Positions 27,341-36,903 of a DNA stretch of 64,000 nucleotides are shown here, in pieces. The stretch covers positions 939-64,938 of the forward strand of contig CAJBLH010000162.1 of NCBI GenBank assembly GCA_903953895.1. The letters run 5' to 3'. The translations under genes were made by a program, and so were the position numbers. The stretch comes from an uncultured Desulfobacteraceae bacterium. Lineage in GTDB: Bacteria; Desulfobacterota; Desulfobacteria; Desulfobacterales; Desulfatirhabdiaceae. Below the pieces are notes generated by a model that saw only the letters and a program-made list of their open reading frames with translations, did no database searches and was not told the DNA's origin. Positions within the stretch are counted from its first letter, which is position 1, and every line of letters starts with the position of its first letter.

Positions 27341-29173
27341 ATGACCCCCCTTGTGTATTCGGGAATTTCACTTGTCCTTTGTCTGATTTTCACGCCCTTG
27401 GTGCGGCAAATTGCTCTGAAAAAAGGCTGGATGGCCCGCCCGACAGCAGACCGTTGGCACAGCAAACCAACAGCGCTGTTTGGAGGGGTCGCCATTTACC
27501 TGGCGGCGGCTATTCCCTTGTTTGTCATTTCAGATTTCCGCGCTGCACTTCTTCTTCTGACAGATCCGACGAAAAACGCCGTGCTGTCTGCTTTTACTCC
27601 CGGCTTTTGCATTGGCATCACACTGATATTTCTACTGGGATTCGTGGATGACGCGATCCGGTTAAAACCTCAGAGCAAGTTGCTGGGTCAGATTCTGGTG
27701 GCTTCCCTGATCGCCTTTCTGGGCTTCAGGCTTCAGTGGGTAACTTCGCTGACACTGGATACCCTGATGACCATTTTCTGGATTGTTGGAATTACCAATG
27801 CGTTCAACCTGATCGACAATATGGATGGACTTTGCGCCGGAACCGGTACGATTGCCGCCATATTCCTGGCAATCATCTTGTCGGGAACCTGCCCTGAACA
27901 TGCCCGATGCGCCGCCATTCTGGCGGGCGCCACGGCAGCGTTTCTCGTATATAATTTCAAACCGGCCTCCATTTTCATGGGTGATTGCGGTTCTCTGACA
28001 ATTGGTTTTGGGATTTCGCTGCTCAGTCTCGGCCTGACCGGAATGAGCGCCGGCAACACCGTGGTTTCCATTGCGGTTCCGGTCATGATCGCGATGGTTC
28101 CCATTCTTGATACCACAATGGTGACGCTGGTCAGGCTTCTCAGTGGGAGAAAGGCTTCGACCGGCGGCAAGGATCATACATCCCATCGCCTGGTTTTGAT
28201 GGGTTTCAGTGAAAAAAAAGCCGTTTTGTTTTTATACTGCGTCGGCGTGGTGTCCGGAACAGCCGCCGTTTTCGTCAGCACAAGCGATACATTCACATCC
28301 CCGTCTGTCATTATTCCGCTGATGCTGTCGATTCTGCTCATGGGGATTTATCTGTCTCAACTACGCGTCTATCCTGAAAAAGAATTCTCCGTGCTTCGGG
28401 ATCGCACGTTTACCCCGATTCTGATCGAGCTTACCTATAAAAAACAGATCGTTCTGGTGATTCTCGATTTTTGTCTCATTGCCTTTTCCTATTATCTTTC
28501 CTACCGGCTCAGATTTGATTCATCCCAATTTCCTTTTTATTTCAAAGTGTTTTTGAAATCTTTGCCGGCGGTGATCGCCTGTAAGCTTGTGGCGTTTTTC
28601 TTAATAGGGGTATACCGGAGCATCTGGGGATATTTGAGTTCCAACGATATTGCGGTTTATCTGAAGGCATCCACACTTGCTTCATTTCTCTCAATTGCGG
28701 CAGTTACCTTTGTGTACCGGTTCGAAGATTTTTCAAAAGGTATTTTTCTCATGGACTGGTTGATCACCACCGGCGCCATCCTGGGTACCCGCGGGTTTTT
28801 CAGGCTGACCGGGGACGCCATGAAACGAAATGCGCTTTCCGGTGAACAGGTTTTGATCTATGGGGCGGGAAGAGGGGGCGAAATATTGTTGCGGGAAATC
28901 CTCCACAATAAACGACTGAAGATTAAACCCGTTGGATTTATCGATGATGATCCGCTTAAGATCGGGAAAAAACTTCAAGGATATTCAGTTATGGGTACAT
29001 TTGACGATCTGCAGGCCCTGGTTCAGCAGAAATCGGTTACCAGCTTGCTCATTTCGTTTAGAGAGAATGACCCGGCCCGGATGGACGCCATCCGTACTTT
29101 CTGCAAAAACCATCATCTGAACTTGAAGCATTTCTCCATTCACATTGAAACCGTTGATCCTGACGCACCATGA
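27341..29173 (+). CDS. MraY/WecA-type glycosyl-1-phosphate transferase (GT4) fused to a CapD-like TM + Rossmann (CoA-binding) module
   Basis: GFVDD, NAFNLIDNMDGL, FMGDCGS and DHTSHRL; C-terminal LIYGAGRGG, PVGFIDDD and KIGK. Confidence 0.85.
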   Translation: MTPLVYSGISLVLCLIFTPLVRQIALKKGWMARPTADRWHSKPTALFGGVAIYLAAAIPLFVISDFRAALLLLTDPTKNAVLSAFTPGFCIGITLIFLLGFVDDAIRLKPQSKLLGQILVASLIAFLGFRLQWVTSLTLDTLMTIFWIVGITNAFNLIDNMDGLCAGTGTIAAIFLAIILSGTCPEHARCAAILAGATAAFLVYNFKPASIFMGDCGSLTIGFGISLLSLGLTGMSAGNTVVSIAVPVMIAMVPILDTTMVTLVRLLSGRKASTGGKDHTSHRLVLMGFSEKKAVLFLYCVGVVSGTAAVFVSTSDTFTSPSVIIPLMLSILLMGIYLSQLRVYPEKEFSVLRDRTFTPILIELTYKKQIVLVILDFCLIAFSYYLSYRLRFDSSQFPFYFKVFLKSLPAVIACKLVAFFLIGVYRSIWGYLSSNDIAVYLKASTLASFLSIAAVTFVYRFEDFSKGIFLMDWLITTGAILGTRGFFRLTGDAMKRNALSGEQVLIYGAGRGGEILLREILHNKRLKIKPVGFIDDDPLKIGKKLQGYSVMGTFDDLQALVQQKSVTSLLISFRENDPARMDAIRTFCKNHHLNLKHFSIHIETVDPDAP

Positions 29174-30171
29174 ATATTTTGGGTATTGAAACATCCTGCG
29201 ATGAAACCGCGGCTGCTGTCGTCAGCGGGGGGCATATCGTCCGTTCGTCGGTGGTGGCTTCCCAGACAGATTTCCACCATCCTTATGGCGGCGTTGTTCC
29301 GGAACTGGCTTCGCGCAAACACCTTGAAGCCATTTCCTCGGTGGTTTCCACTGCAATCGAACGCTCAGGGATTCCGGAAAATCAGATCGATGCCGTTGCC
29401 GTGACTCAGGGCCCCGGTCTGGTCGGAGCGCTGCTGGTTGGGTTTTCTTTTGCCAAGGCCCATGCCTACGCGCGAAACATCCCCTGCGTGGGCGTGAATC
29501 ATCTTGAAGGGCATATTCACTCCGTGTTTCTGGAGCCGGACCGTCCGGAGTTTCCTTTTGTCGCATTGCTGGTTTCCGGAGGGCATACCGGCATTTATCA
29601 TGTAACGTCTCATACGGACTGTAAATTGCTGGGTCAGACGCGTGATGACGCTGCCGGAGAGGCTTTCGACAAAGTGGCCAAAATGCTGGGTCTGGGTTAT
29701 CCGGGTGGGGTTGCGATCGAAGAAATATCCAGGAAAGGGGATTTCTCCCGCATCCGATTTCCCAGGCCCTACCTGGATAAGGCGGATTCGGATTTCAGCT
29801 TCAGCGGACTGAAATCAGCGGTTCGGCGGTATGCCGAGACCCACGATATCACAGAAAATATTCCAGATATTGTGGCTGGGTTTCAGGAAGCTGTGGTGGA
29901 TGTGCTGACATTTAAACTGGCTCAGGCCGCCATATCCAGTCAGTGCACTCGGATAGCAGTTGTGGGGGGGGTGGCGGCCAATTCCCGTTTGCGGGAAAAG
30001 GTTAAGGCATCTGCAGCCGAAAAGGGATTTTCGGTGTTTATTCCATCGTTGGAATACTGCGGAGACAACGCCGCCATGATTGCTGCGGCCGGTTATCATG
30101 ATCTTCGGGCCGGCCATATCTGCTGCCTGACCGATGATGTGTATTCAAAAGTGCGACTCAGGCAGGTTTGA
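29170..30171 (+). CDS. tsaD: tRNA N6-adenosine threonylcarbamoyltransferase
   Basis: IETSCDET, GGVVPELASRKH, HLEGH, VSGGHT, DDAAGEAFDK and DNAAMI motifs. Confidence 0.97.
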   Translation: MNILGIETSCDETAAAVVSGGHIVRSSVVASQTDFHHPYGGVVPELASRKHLEAISSVVSTAIERSGIPENQIDAVAVTQGPGLVGALLVGFSFAKAHAYARNIPCVGVNHLEGHIHSVFLEPDRPEFPFVALLVSGGHTGIYHVTSHTDCKLLGQTRDDAAGEAFDKVAKMLGLGYPGGVAIEEISRKGDFSRIRFPRPYLDKADSDFSFSGLKSAVRRYAETHDITENIPDIVAGFQEAVVDVLTFKLAQAAISSQCTRIAVVGGVAANSRLREKVKASAAEKGFSVFIPSLEYCGDNAAMIAAAGYHDLRAGHICCLTDDVYSKVRLRQV

Positions 30172-30220
30172 AGTTCCCTGTTCCTAATCTTGAAAGATAT
30201 ATAATCAGGTACAGGGAACT
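30172..30220. terminator. Hairpin between convergent tsaD and ferredoxin (likely bidirectional terminator)
   Basis: agttccctgt / acagggaact perfect 10-bp stem, extendable inward. Confidence 0.55.
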
Positions 30221-30227
30221 CTCTTGA

Positions 30228-30416
30228 TCAGGTTTCTTCGACGGTGATTGCGCCGGGTTCACAAACTTCAACGCAGCTTTCACAGCCAAGACACTCTTCT
30301 GCATTAACAGGGGATGATTTACCATCTACCATTTCAAATACTTCTACAGGGCAAACATCCACGCATTCTTCACAGCCTTCACATTTGTCTTCATCTACAA
30401 CTGGGTTAAAAGCCAT
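30228..30416 (-). CDS. 2[4Fe-4S] ferredoxin
   Basis: CEGCEECVDVCP and CLGCESCVEVCEP; AGGAGG-like RBS. Confidence 0.95.
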   Translation of the reverse strand: MAFNPVVDEDKCEGCEECVDVCPVEVFEMVDGKSSPVNAEECLGCESCVEVCEPGAITVEET

Positions 30417-30586
30417 TTAACAAGCCTCCTTTCTTCAGGGAATTAACGGTGAAAAATTTCACCACATATTTTCAATCTATCGGGCAAACTCCTTATATCA
30501 ATTATCCAGGGGAGTCAAGCAATGAAATTATTTTTTCAGAAATGATGATAAAGTTTTTCTTGAAAAAGCCGCGGGTACGAATTCCA

Positions 30587-31111
30587 TCAATAATGCATAT
30601 CCGCATATTCCACCCATCCGCCTGCCATGACCAGGGCCAGGTTGAACCCGGATAGAGAAAAAGAGCGGGTATGGGTGCGATTTTCATTTTTTAGAATAAA
30701 ACGCTTTTTATCGAATTCCGTGATCAAGTGTGTCTTGGTTCCTGCGTAGGTGGAAAATATCTCGTTTAGAGTCTCTTCAGGAAGTTCAATGGCCATCATG
30801 CCGCAGTTAAACATGTTCTGCTTGAAAATTCTGGCAAAGCTCTCTGCAATCACCAGATGAATGCCGTTTGTCTCAAGCGCCCAGGGGGCATGTTCCCTGG
30901 AAGAACCACAGCCGAAATTGGTGCGGGTGATAATCACCGATTTCCCATGAAGATCGGTTGCAGGGTTGAAGCCCTCCAGGGTGAGATCCTCGAGAAGAAA
31001 GGGTTGAAGCGCCTCTCTGGTGTTTTCGGTTAAATATCTGGCAGGAATGATTTCATCTGTATTGATGTCCGAGCGATCCAGAAAAAGAACTTGTCCGCTG
31101 AATTGTTTCAT
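30587..31111 (-). CDS. leuD: 3-isopropylmalate dehydratase small subunit
   Basis: DINTDEIIPA, NFGCGSSREHAPWAL and SFARIF motifs. Confidence 0.9.
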   Translation of the reverse strand: MKQFSGQVLFLDRSDINTDEIIPARYLTENTREALQPFLLEDLTLEGFNPATDLHGKSVIITRTNFGCGSSREHAPWALETNGIHLVIAESFARIFKQNMFNCGMMAIELPEETLNEIFSTYAGTKTHLITEFDKKRFILKNENRTHTRSFSLSGFNLALVMAGGWVEYADMHY

Positions 31112-31158
31112 ATATCGTCCGTTTGTTTATGCGGGTTTTCGGTTAAGGAAACATGAGA

Positions 31159-32436
31159 TCAAGGGATCCATGGCGCAATATGTCCGGCCAGTGCTGTGGC
31201 GGCGGCGGTGGCTGGGCTCATCAGATGCACCATGCCGCCTTTTCCCATTCTGCCGTTAAAGTTGCGGTTTGTGGTGGACGCGCAGACCTCCCCTTCCGCA
31301 AGGACCCCATTGCTCATTCCCAGGCAGGCTCCGCAAGTGGGATTGGTGACGCAGAACCCGGCATCCAGAAAGGTCTGGAGGATGCCTTCCTCAAGGGCCT
31401 GCTGAAAAATCTTAGGCGTTGCAGGCGATACGATACCCCGAACCTTGTCATTGATTCGCTGACCCCTCAGCACCTGAGCGGCAATTCGCAGATCTTCCAT
31501 TCTGCCATTTGTGCAGGAACCGATATATACCTGATCTACGCACGTCCCCATAAGGTTTCGCGCAGCGGTAATCTGGTCGGGCTTATAACCGAATGTGACC
31601 TGGGGTTCCAATGCCGATACGTCATGATATAGAATGTCCTCATAGTCGGCGTCTTCATCCGGAAGAATTTTGGAAAAATCATCCAGGGCCTCATCCGGGC
31701 TGCCGTAATCATCTTTAATGAATTCCCATAAATAAGAGACGGTGGTGCTGTCCGGGCAGCAGATGCCACAGGTGGCTCCGGCTTCGACCGCCATGTTGCA
31801 GATCGTCATCCTGCCTTCCATGCTCAGGGCATCGATGACAGGGCCGGCAAATTCAATGATTTTATTGGTGGCCCCATTCACTCCGATGCATCCGATGACC
31901 GACAGGATCACATCTTTGGCATAGACGCCTTCAGGCAGATTTCCAGTGATGATGATCTTGATGGAGTGGGGTTCGTGAAAGGCGCAGACACCTTTTAGAA
32001 TGCCCACTTCCAGATCTGTTGTTCCCACGCCTGCGGCAAAGGCGCCAAAAGCACCATGCGTACAGGTGTGAGAATCGCCCATAATGATGGTATAGCCTGG
32101 CCGGACAAAACCTTTTTCAGGGAAAAGCGCATGACAGACGCCGTTTCTGCCGATATCGAAAAAATCCCGGATGCGATGCCGTCTGGCCCACTCCCGTAGA
32201 ATCTTGCCCTGAAGCGCAGTTTTGGCGTCTTTGGCAGGGGTGACGTGGTCGATGACGACTTTGAGCTTGGATGGGTTGAACACCCGGTCTTTGCCGCGGG
32301 ATATCAAATCATTTATGGCAATGGGGGTGGTAATCTCATGGCAGAAAACAGCATCCAGCCGGAGGACATGAATATCATCAAAAGGGTTGCTCACCCGATG
32401 AGCATCGAATATTTTCTCTGCTACAGTTCTTCCCAC
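31159..32436 (-). CDS. leuC: 3-isopropylmalate dehydratase large subunit (short type)
   Basis: DSHTCTHGA, IGSCTNGR, CGACLG and STTNRNF motifs. Confidence 0.9.
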   Translation of the reverse strand: MGRTVAEKIFDAHRVSNPFDDIHVLRLDAVFCHEITTPIAINDLISRGKDRVFNPSKLKVVIDHVTPAKDAKTALQGKILREWARRHRIRDFFDIGRNGVCHALFPEKGFVRPGYTIIMGDSHTCTHGAFGAFAAGVGTTDLEVGILKGVCAFHEPHSIKIIITGNLPEGVYAKDVILSVIGCIGVNGATNKIIEFAGPVIDALSMEGRMTICNMAVEAGATCGICCPDSTTVSYLWEFIKDDYGSPDEALDDFSKILPDEDADYEDILYHDVSALEPQVTFGYKPDQITAARNLMGTCVDQVYIGSCTNGRMEDLRIAAQVLRGQRINDKVRGIVSPATPKIFQQALEEGILQTFLDAGFCVTNPTCGACLGMSNGVLAEGEVCASTTNRNFNGRMGKGGMVHLMSPATAAATALAGHIAPWIP

Positions 32437-32503
32437 TTGTTTCTCTCCATTTTTAAATAGGGGGCAGGGTTGAATCTGATTCCTGCCCTTCGTATTCCGC
32501 CCT

Positions 32504-34309
32504 CTAATCCGTATCCGTCTTTAATACTGCCAGAAATGCCGATTGCGGAATCATGACTTTGCCCACCATCTTCATTCTTTTTTTGCCTGCTTTCTGTTTT
32601 TCAAGAAGCTTTCGTTTACGGGAAATATCGCCGCCGTAACATTTAGCGGTAACATCTTTTCGAAAAGCCGATACCGTTGTCCGGGCGATGATCGTTCCGC
32701 CGATGGCGCCCTGAATGGCGATCTTGTACATTTGTTTGGGAATTTCCTCCTGGAGCTTTTCACAGGCCAGTCTTGCCCGCTCAACGGAGCGGTCTTTGTG
32801 AACAAGCTGCGAGAGAGCATCCACCCGTTCGCCGTTGATCAGGATGTCCAGCTTGACGATCTGTGTTTCCCTGAAATCGATCAACTCATAGTCGAACGAA
32901 CCATATCCCTGTGTGACGGATTTGAGCCGATCATAAAAATCATAAACAACCTCCGATAGGGGAAGCTCGAAAAACATTTCCAGACGATTGTTGGACAAAT
33001 ATTGGTAATTGGTATTGATGCCTCTGCGATCCAGGCAAAGTTTCATGACGACCCCCATATACCTGTCCGGAACAATGATGGTGGCGCGAATGAAGGGCTC
33101 ACGGGTGGTCTGTATCGACATGGGATCCGGATAAAGTGCTGGATTGTCGATGATCTGGGTGGCGCCGTCTTTCATGACCAGTTGATATTGAACGGATGGT
33201 GCTGTCAGGATCAGAGACAGGTCGAATTCACGCTCCAGTCTTTCCTGCACCACCTCCAGATGCAGCAGCCCGAGAAAGCCGCACCGAAAACCAAAGCCCA
33301 GAGCGGCGGAAGAATCTTTTTCATACACCAGCGATGCGTCATTGAGCTGAAGTTTTTCGAGCCCTTCCGCCAATTCCGCATAGTTATCGGCGGCGATTGG
33401 ATACAGGGAAGAAAAAACAACCGGTTTAGCCAGCTTGAAACCGGGCTTGGGAAGGTTGCAGGGAGCATGGGCATGGGTGATCGTATCTCCGCAGCGGGTG
33501 TCGCTGACCGTTTTGATGCCGGCAATCAGATAACCGACCTGGCCTGCGGACAGATGCGACTGTGGAACCCGTTTAATCTGAAAAATGCCGACTTCTTCAA
33601 CTTTGTAACGGGAATTGTTGAACATGAACATGATGGTGTCTCCGGTTCGAATCGTTCCCTGAAACACCCGAAAATGGACGATGGTGCCTCGGTAGGCATC
33701 GTAGTGGCTGTCGAAAATGAGTGCTTCAAATCGTTGATCCGGGTCCCCTGTCGGAGGCGGGAGCAGGGTGACAACCCCTTCGAGTACATCCTGTATGCCG
33801 ATGCCTTCCTTGGCCGAGGCCAGAATGATCTTGTCCGGATCCATGCCCAGGTCGGATTCGATCTGATTTTTCACCCACTCGATGTCCGCTGAAGGCAGAT
33901 CGATTTTGTTGATAATGGGGATGATCTCGAGATTATGCTCCATTGCCAGGTAAAGGTTGGCGATGGTTTGGGCTTCCACTCCCTGACTGGCGTCTACCAG
34001 AAGGAGTGCGCCTTCACAGGAGGCCAGGGCCCGGGATACTTCATAGGTAAAATCTACATGTCCAGGTGTGTCGATCAGGTTGAGGTGATAGGTTTTGCCG
34101 TCTTTGGCAATATAAGGGAGACAAACGGTCTGGCTTTTGATGGTAATGCCGCGCTCCCTTTCAATATCCATGGAGTCGAGAATCTGATCTTTGAAATCCC
34201 GATCGGATATGATATGGGTGGCCTGGATCAGCCGATCGGAGAGGGTGGATTTACCATGATCAATGTGGGCAATGATGCTGAAATTCCGGATGGAGCTGAT
34301 GATATTCAT
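32504..34309 (-). CDS. lepA: Elongation factor 4
   Basis: IIAHIDHGKSTL, ERERGITIK, DTPGHVDF, GFRCGFLGLLH and KCYGGDISRK motifs. Confidence 0.98.
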   Translation of the reverse strand: MNIISSIRNFSIIAHIDHGKSTLSDRLIQATHIISDRDFKDQILDSMDIERERGITIKSQTVCLPYIAKDGKTYHLNLIDTPGHVDFTYEVSRALASCEGALLLVDASQGVEAQTIANLYLAMEHNLEIIPIINKIDLPSADIEWVKNQIESDLGMDPDKIILASAKEGIGIQDVLEGVVTLLPPPTGDPDQRFEALIFDSHYDAYRGTIVHFRVFQGTIRTGDTIMFMFNNSRYKVEEVGIFQIKRVPQSHLSAGQVGYLIAGIKTVSDTRCGDTITHAHAPCNLPKPGFKLAKPVVFSSLYPIAADNYAELAEGLEKLQLNDASLVYEKDSSAALGFGFRCGFLGLLHLEVVQERLEREFDLSLILTAPSVQYQLVMKDGATQIIDNPALYPDPMSIQTTREPFIRATIIVPDRYMGVVMKLCLDRRGINTNYQYLSNNRLEMFFELPLSEVVYDFYDRLKSVTQGYGSFDYELIDFRETQIVKLDILINGERVDALSQLVHKDRSVERARLACEKLQEEIPKQMYKIAIQGAIGGTIIARTTVSAFRKDVTAKCYGGDISRKRKLLEKQKAGKKRMKMVGKVMIPQSAFLAVLKTDTD

Positions 34310-34519
34310 TTGAAATTCGTTTTCTCCCTGACTTTATTCAGAAAAAAGTCAGTTGACACCTGTGTTCATTCAAGTTAACTTAAATAAGATCATAAGAACA
34401 TTGCTTCTTTCTAACAGATTCCTTTGAATGATGTCAACAGTGGGCATGGTTACAGCATTCGAACCGTCATATTTTCCGGATGACGCCTTTTGTATCATGA
34501 GGCCGGACCCTTGGTGACC

Positions 34520-35434
34520 ATGAAGCAGCATATTTTGATTGTTGAAGACGATTTGGCTGTTCGCGATTCCATGGCTGAATTCATAACGTTGAGCGGTTTT
34601 GACTGCCAGGTGGCTCCCAGCGCAGAAGAAGCTATAGAAATGCTTAAAACGCTAGAATTTCAAGTTGTTATAACTGATATAACGATGCCGGGGATGGATG
34701 GGCTTGAACTGACGGATATCATCAAAAAAGATTATGACATCGATGTCATTGTCATGACCGGTTACAGCGGTCAATATTCTTATGAAGAAGCCATTGGAAA
34801 AGGCGCCAGCGATTTCGTATTTAAACCCATCCGGTTTCAGGAATTGGTGCTGCGCCTAAAAAGGGTGTTCAAGGAACGAGAACTCAGGCAGGAACGCAAC
34901 CGCATGATGGCGGATCTTCAGCAGTTGGCCATCACCGATAATCTGACGCAGCTTTATAATTCCAGACATTTTTTTGCGCAGTTGAAGATGGAGGTCGATC
35001 GGGCCAACCGTTACGGGTATTGTCTGGCGCTGTTGCTCCTTGATATCGATTTTTTTAAAAATTATAACGACACATTTGGTCATCTGGAAGGCGACAAGGT
35101 TTTAAGCACCGTTGGACAGATGATTAATACCTGCCTTCGAACCATGGATACGGCTTATCGGTATGGGGGAGAAGAATTCACGGTCATTTTGCCCTATACG
35201 GACGGCAATGAGGCGAAAACCGTGGCTGACAGGATTCAGTATACACTGGAGCACATCACTTTTTGTCCATCCCCGGATCGATCCATTCAGGTTACCCTGA
35301 GTATCGGCGTGACCGAGTATTCTCCAGGAGAAGAACTCAGTTCTTTTGTCAACAGGTCCGACAGGGCCATGTATACTTCTAAAGAAAATGGCCGCAACAG
35401 GGTGTCTTTCCTACCTCCGGATGCATCAATCTGA
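34520..35434 (+). CDS. Diguanylate cyclase response regulator (REC-GGDEF)
   Basis: VEDD, TDITMP, DIDFFK, RTMD I-site and GGEEF; probable start MKQHIL. Confidence 0.92.
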   Translation: MKQHILIVEDDLAVRDSMAEFITLSGFDCQVAPSAEEAIEMLKTLEFQVVITDITMPGMDGLELTDIIKKDYDIDVIVMTGYSGQYSYEEAIGKGASDFVFKPIRFQELVLRLKRVFKERELRQERNRMMADLQQLAITDNLTQLYNSRHFFAQLKMEVDRANRYGYCLALLLLDIDFFKNYNDTFGHLEGDKVLSTVGQMINTCLRTMDTAYRYGGEEFTVILPYTDGNEAKTVADRIQYTLEHITFCPSPDRSIQVTLSIGVTEYSPGEELSSFVNRSDRAMYTSKENGRNRVSFLPPDASI

Positions 35435-35440
35435 TTTTCA

Positions 35441-35890
35441 ATGATTTATACCCTTACATCTATAGATGCCTGCTGGGAAAGCTTGCCCTGCAGCCGGCAA
35501 GAGGATTATCTTGTCCAGATACGTGATCTTTACCGGCTGGCAGGCTGGTGGTCCGATCCGGGCGATACCCTAGAAAAGCTTGCCCGGATCATTACCGGAA
35601 GTCATTGCTTTATCGCAGCGGTCCAGCAGGCGCCGGAAGTGATTCTGGGAATGGGGCGAGCCATCAGCGACAAGGCAAGCGATGCATATATTCAGGATGT
35701 GATGGTCAGGCCCGAGTTTCGCAGACAGGCGATTGCCTCTTCCATCCTGAAATGCATCATGGATCGCCTCGATCGTGATAGAATGACCTGGATCGGTCTG
35801 ATAGCCAAAGAAGGCACTATACCGTTTTATGCCGGCCTGGGATTTTCTGAAATCCCGGGTACGATGCCTATGTTGAGAATAAAATGCTGA
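35441..35890 (+). CDS. GNAT family N-acetyltransferase
   Basis: GMGRAISD..SDAYIQDVMVRPEFRRQAIA and FYAGLGF. Confidence 0.85.
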   Translation: MIYTLTSIDACWESLPCSRQEDYLVQIRDLYRLAGWWSDPGDTLEKLARIITGSHCFIAAVQQAPEVILGMGRAISDKASDAYIQDVMVRPEFRRQAIASSILKCIMDRLDRDRMTWIGLIAKEGTIPFYAGLGFSEIPGTMPMLRIKC

Positions 35891-35935
35891 GAAGATATCG
35901 GCGACAGTGGCGCTGTGAAGGAAAAATCCTGATTT

Positions 35936-36859
35936 ATGAAATTATTGCCCCTACAACCTGACGATTATCCTGTACTGAAGCCTTTTTTTGAACACCAGCA
36001 ATACCGTCTGTGCGTTTATTCCCTGCCATCGCTTCTTTCCTGGATCAATGACGAGTATCAGCCTTTTGGAGCGATTGACGGCGATACGCTGATCGTCGCT
36101 GCAGAATTTAATCGCCATAAAGAAAAACGGCATCTGATCCTGCCCATATCTCCTCAACGGCAATATTCTCCGGAAGCATTGTATGCACTTGCCAGGGAAC
36201 TGGATTACAACGCCTTCTGGTTTGTTCCCGAAGATTATCTTCACCAGTATGAAATCAAGCGGGTGGAAGCCTTGTTTACAGTCCGCGAACAGGAGGAATA
36301 CGATGATTATATATACCGGACATCGGATCTGGCAGAGTTGAAAGGAAACAAGTATTCCAAGAAACGAAACCTCATCAGTCAGTTTTCCAGAGAGTATCTC
36401 GAAAAGGGCCGGGTTCGCATCGATCCCATAACGCGGGAACAGACCCCGGAATGTATCGGTTTTTTGAATGAATGGTGTGAAGAGCGCGGCTGCGATGCCG
36501 GCTTGCAGGAAGACCTGGCCTGTGAACGTCAGGCTGCCGCAAACACCATAGAACATCTCGATGTTTTTTCATCGCAGGGGCTGTTGTTGCGGATCGACGG
36601 AAAGGTCAGCGCTTTTGGTATCGGATCATATCTGACGGCGTCTATGGGTGTATTGCATTTTGAAAAAGCTTTTTCCCGGATAAAAGGGCTTTACCAGTAT
36701 TTCGACAGCCAGTGCGCCCGTCTTTTGTTTAAGGGTTACGTGTTCATCAACAAGGAAAGTGACATGAACGTTCCAGGCCTTGCCAAGGCCAAACGGTCCT
36801 ATTATCCGGTGATGCGGATAAAGTCTTATGAACTCGTACTTAAAAAAACACCCGGCTGA
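35936..36859 (+). CDS. DUF2156 (aminoacyl-transferase-like) protein
   Basis: DYIY...LAELKGNKYSKKRN, HFEKA, GLYQ and INKESDMNVPGLAKAKRSYYP motifs. Confidence 0.88.
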   Translation: MKLLPLQPDDYPVLKPFFEHQQYRLCVYSLPSLLSWINDEYQPFGAIDGDTLIVAAEFNRHKEKRHLILPISPQRQYSPEALYALARELDYNAFWFVPEDYLHQYEIKRVEALFTVREQEEYDDYIYRTSDLAELKGNKYSKKRNLISQFSREYLEKGRVRIDPITREQTPECIGFLNEWCEERGCDAGLQEDLACERQAAANTIEHLDVFSSQGLLLRIDGKVSAFGIGSYLTASMGVLHFEKAFSRIKGLYQYFDSQCARLLFKGYVFINKESDMNVPGLAKAKRSYYPVMRIKSYELVLKKTPG

Positions 36860-36903
36860 AATTCAGAAACGGCAGACTGTTTTTCTGTACTTATATTTGC
36901 GCG

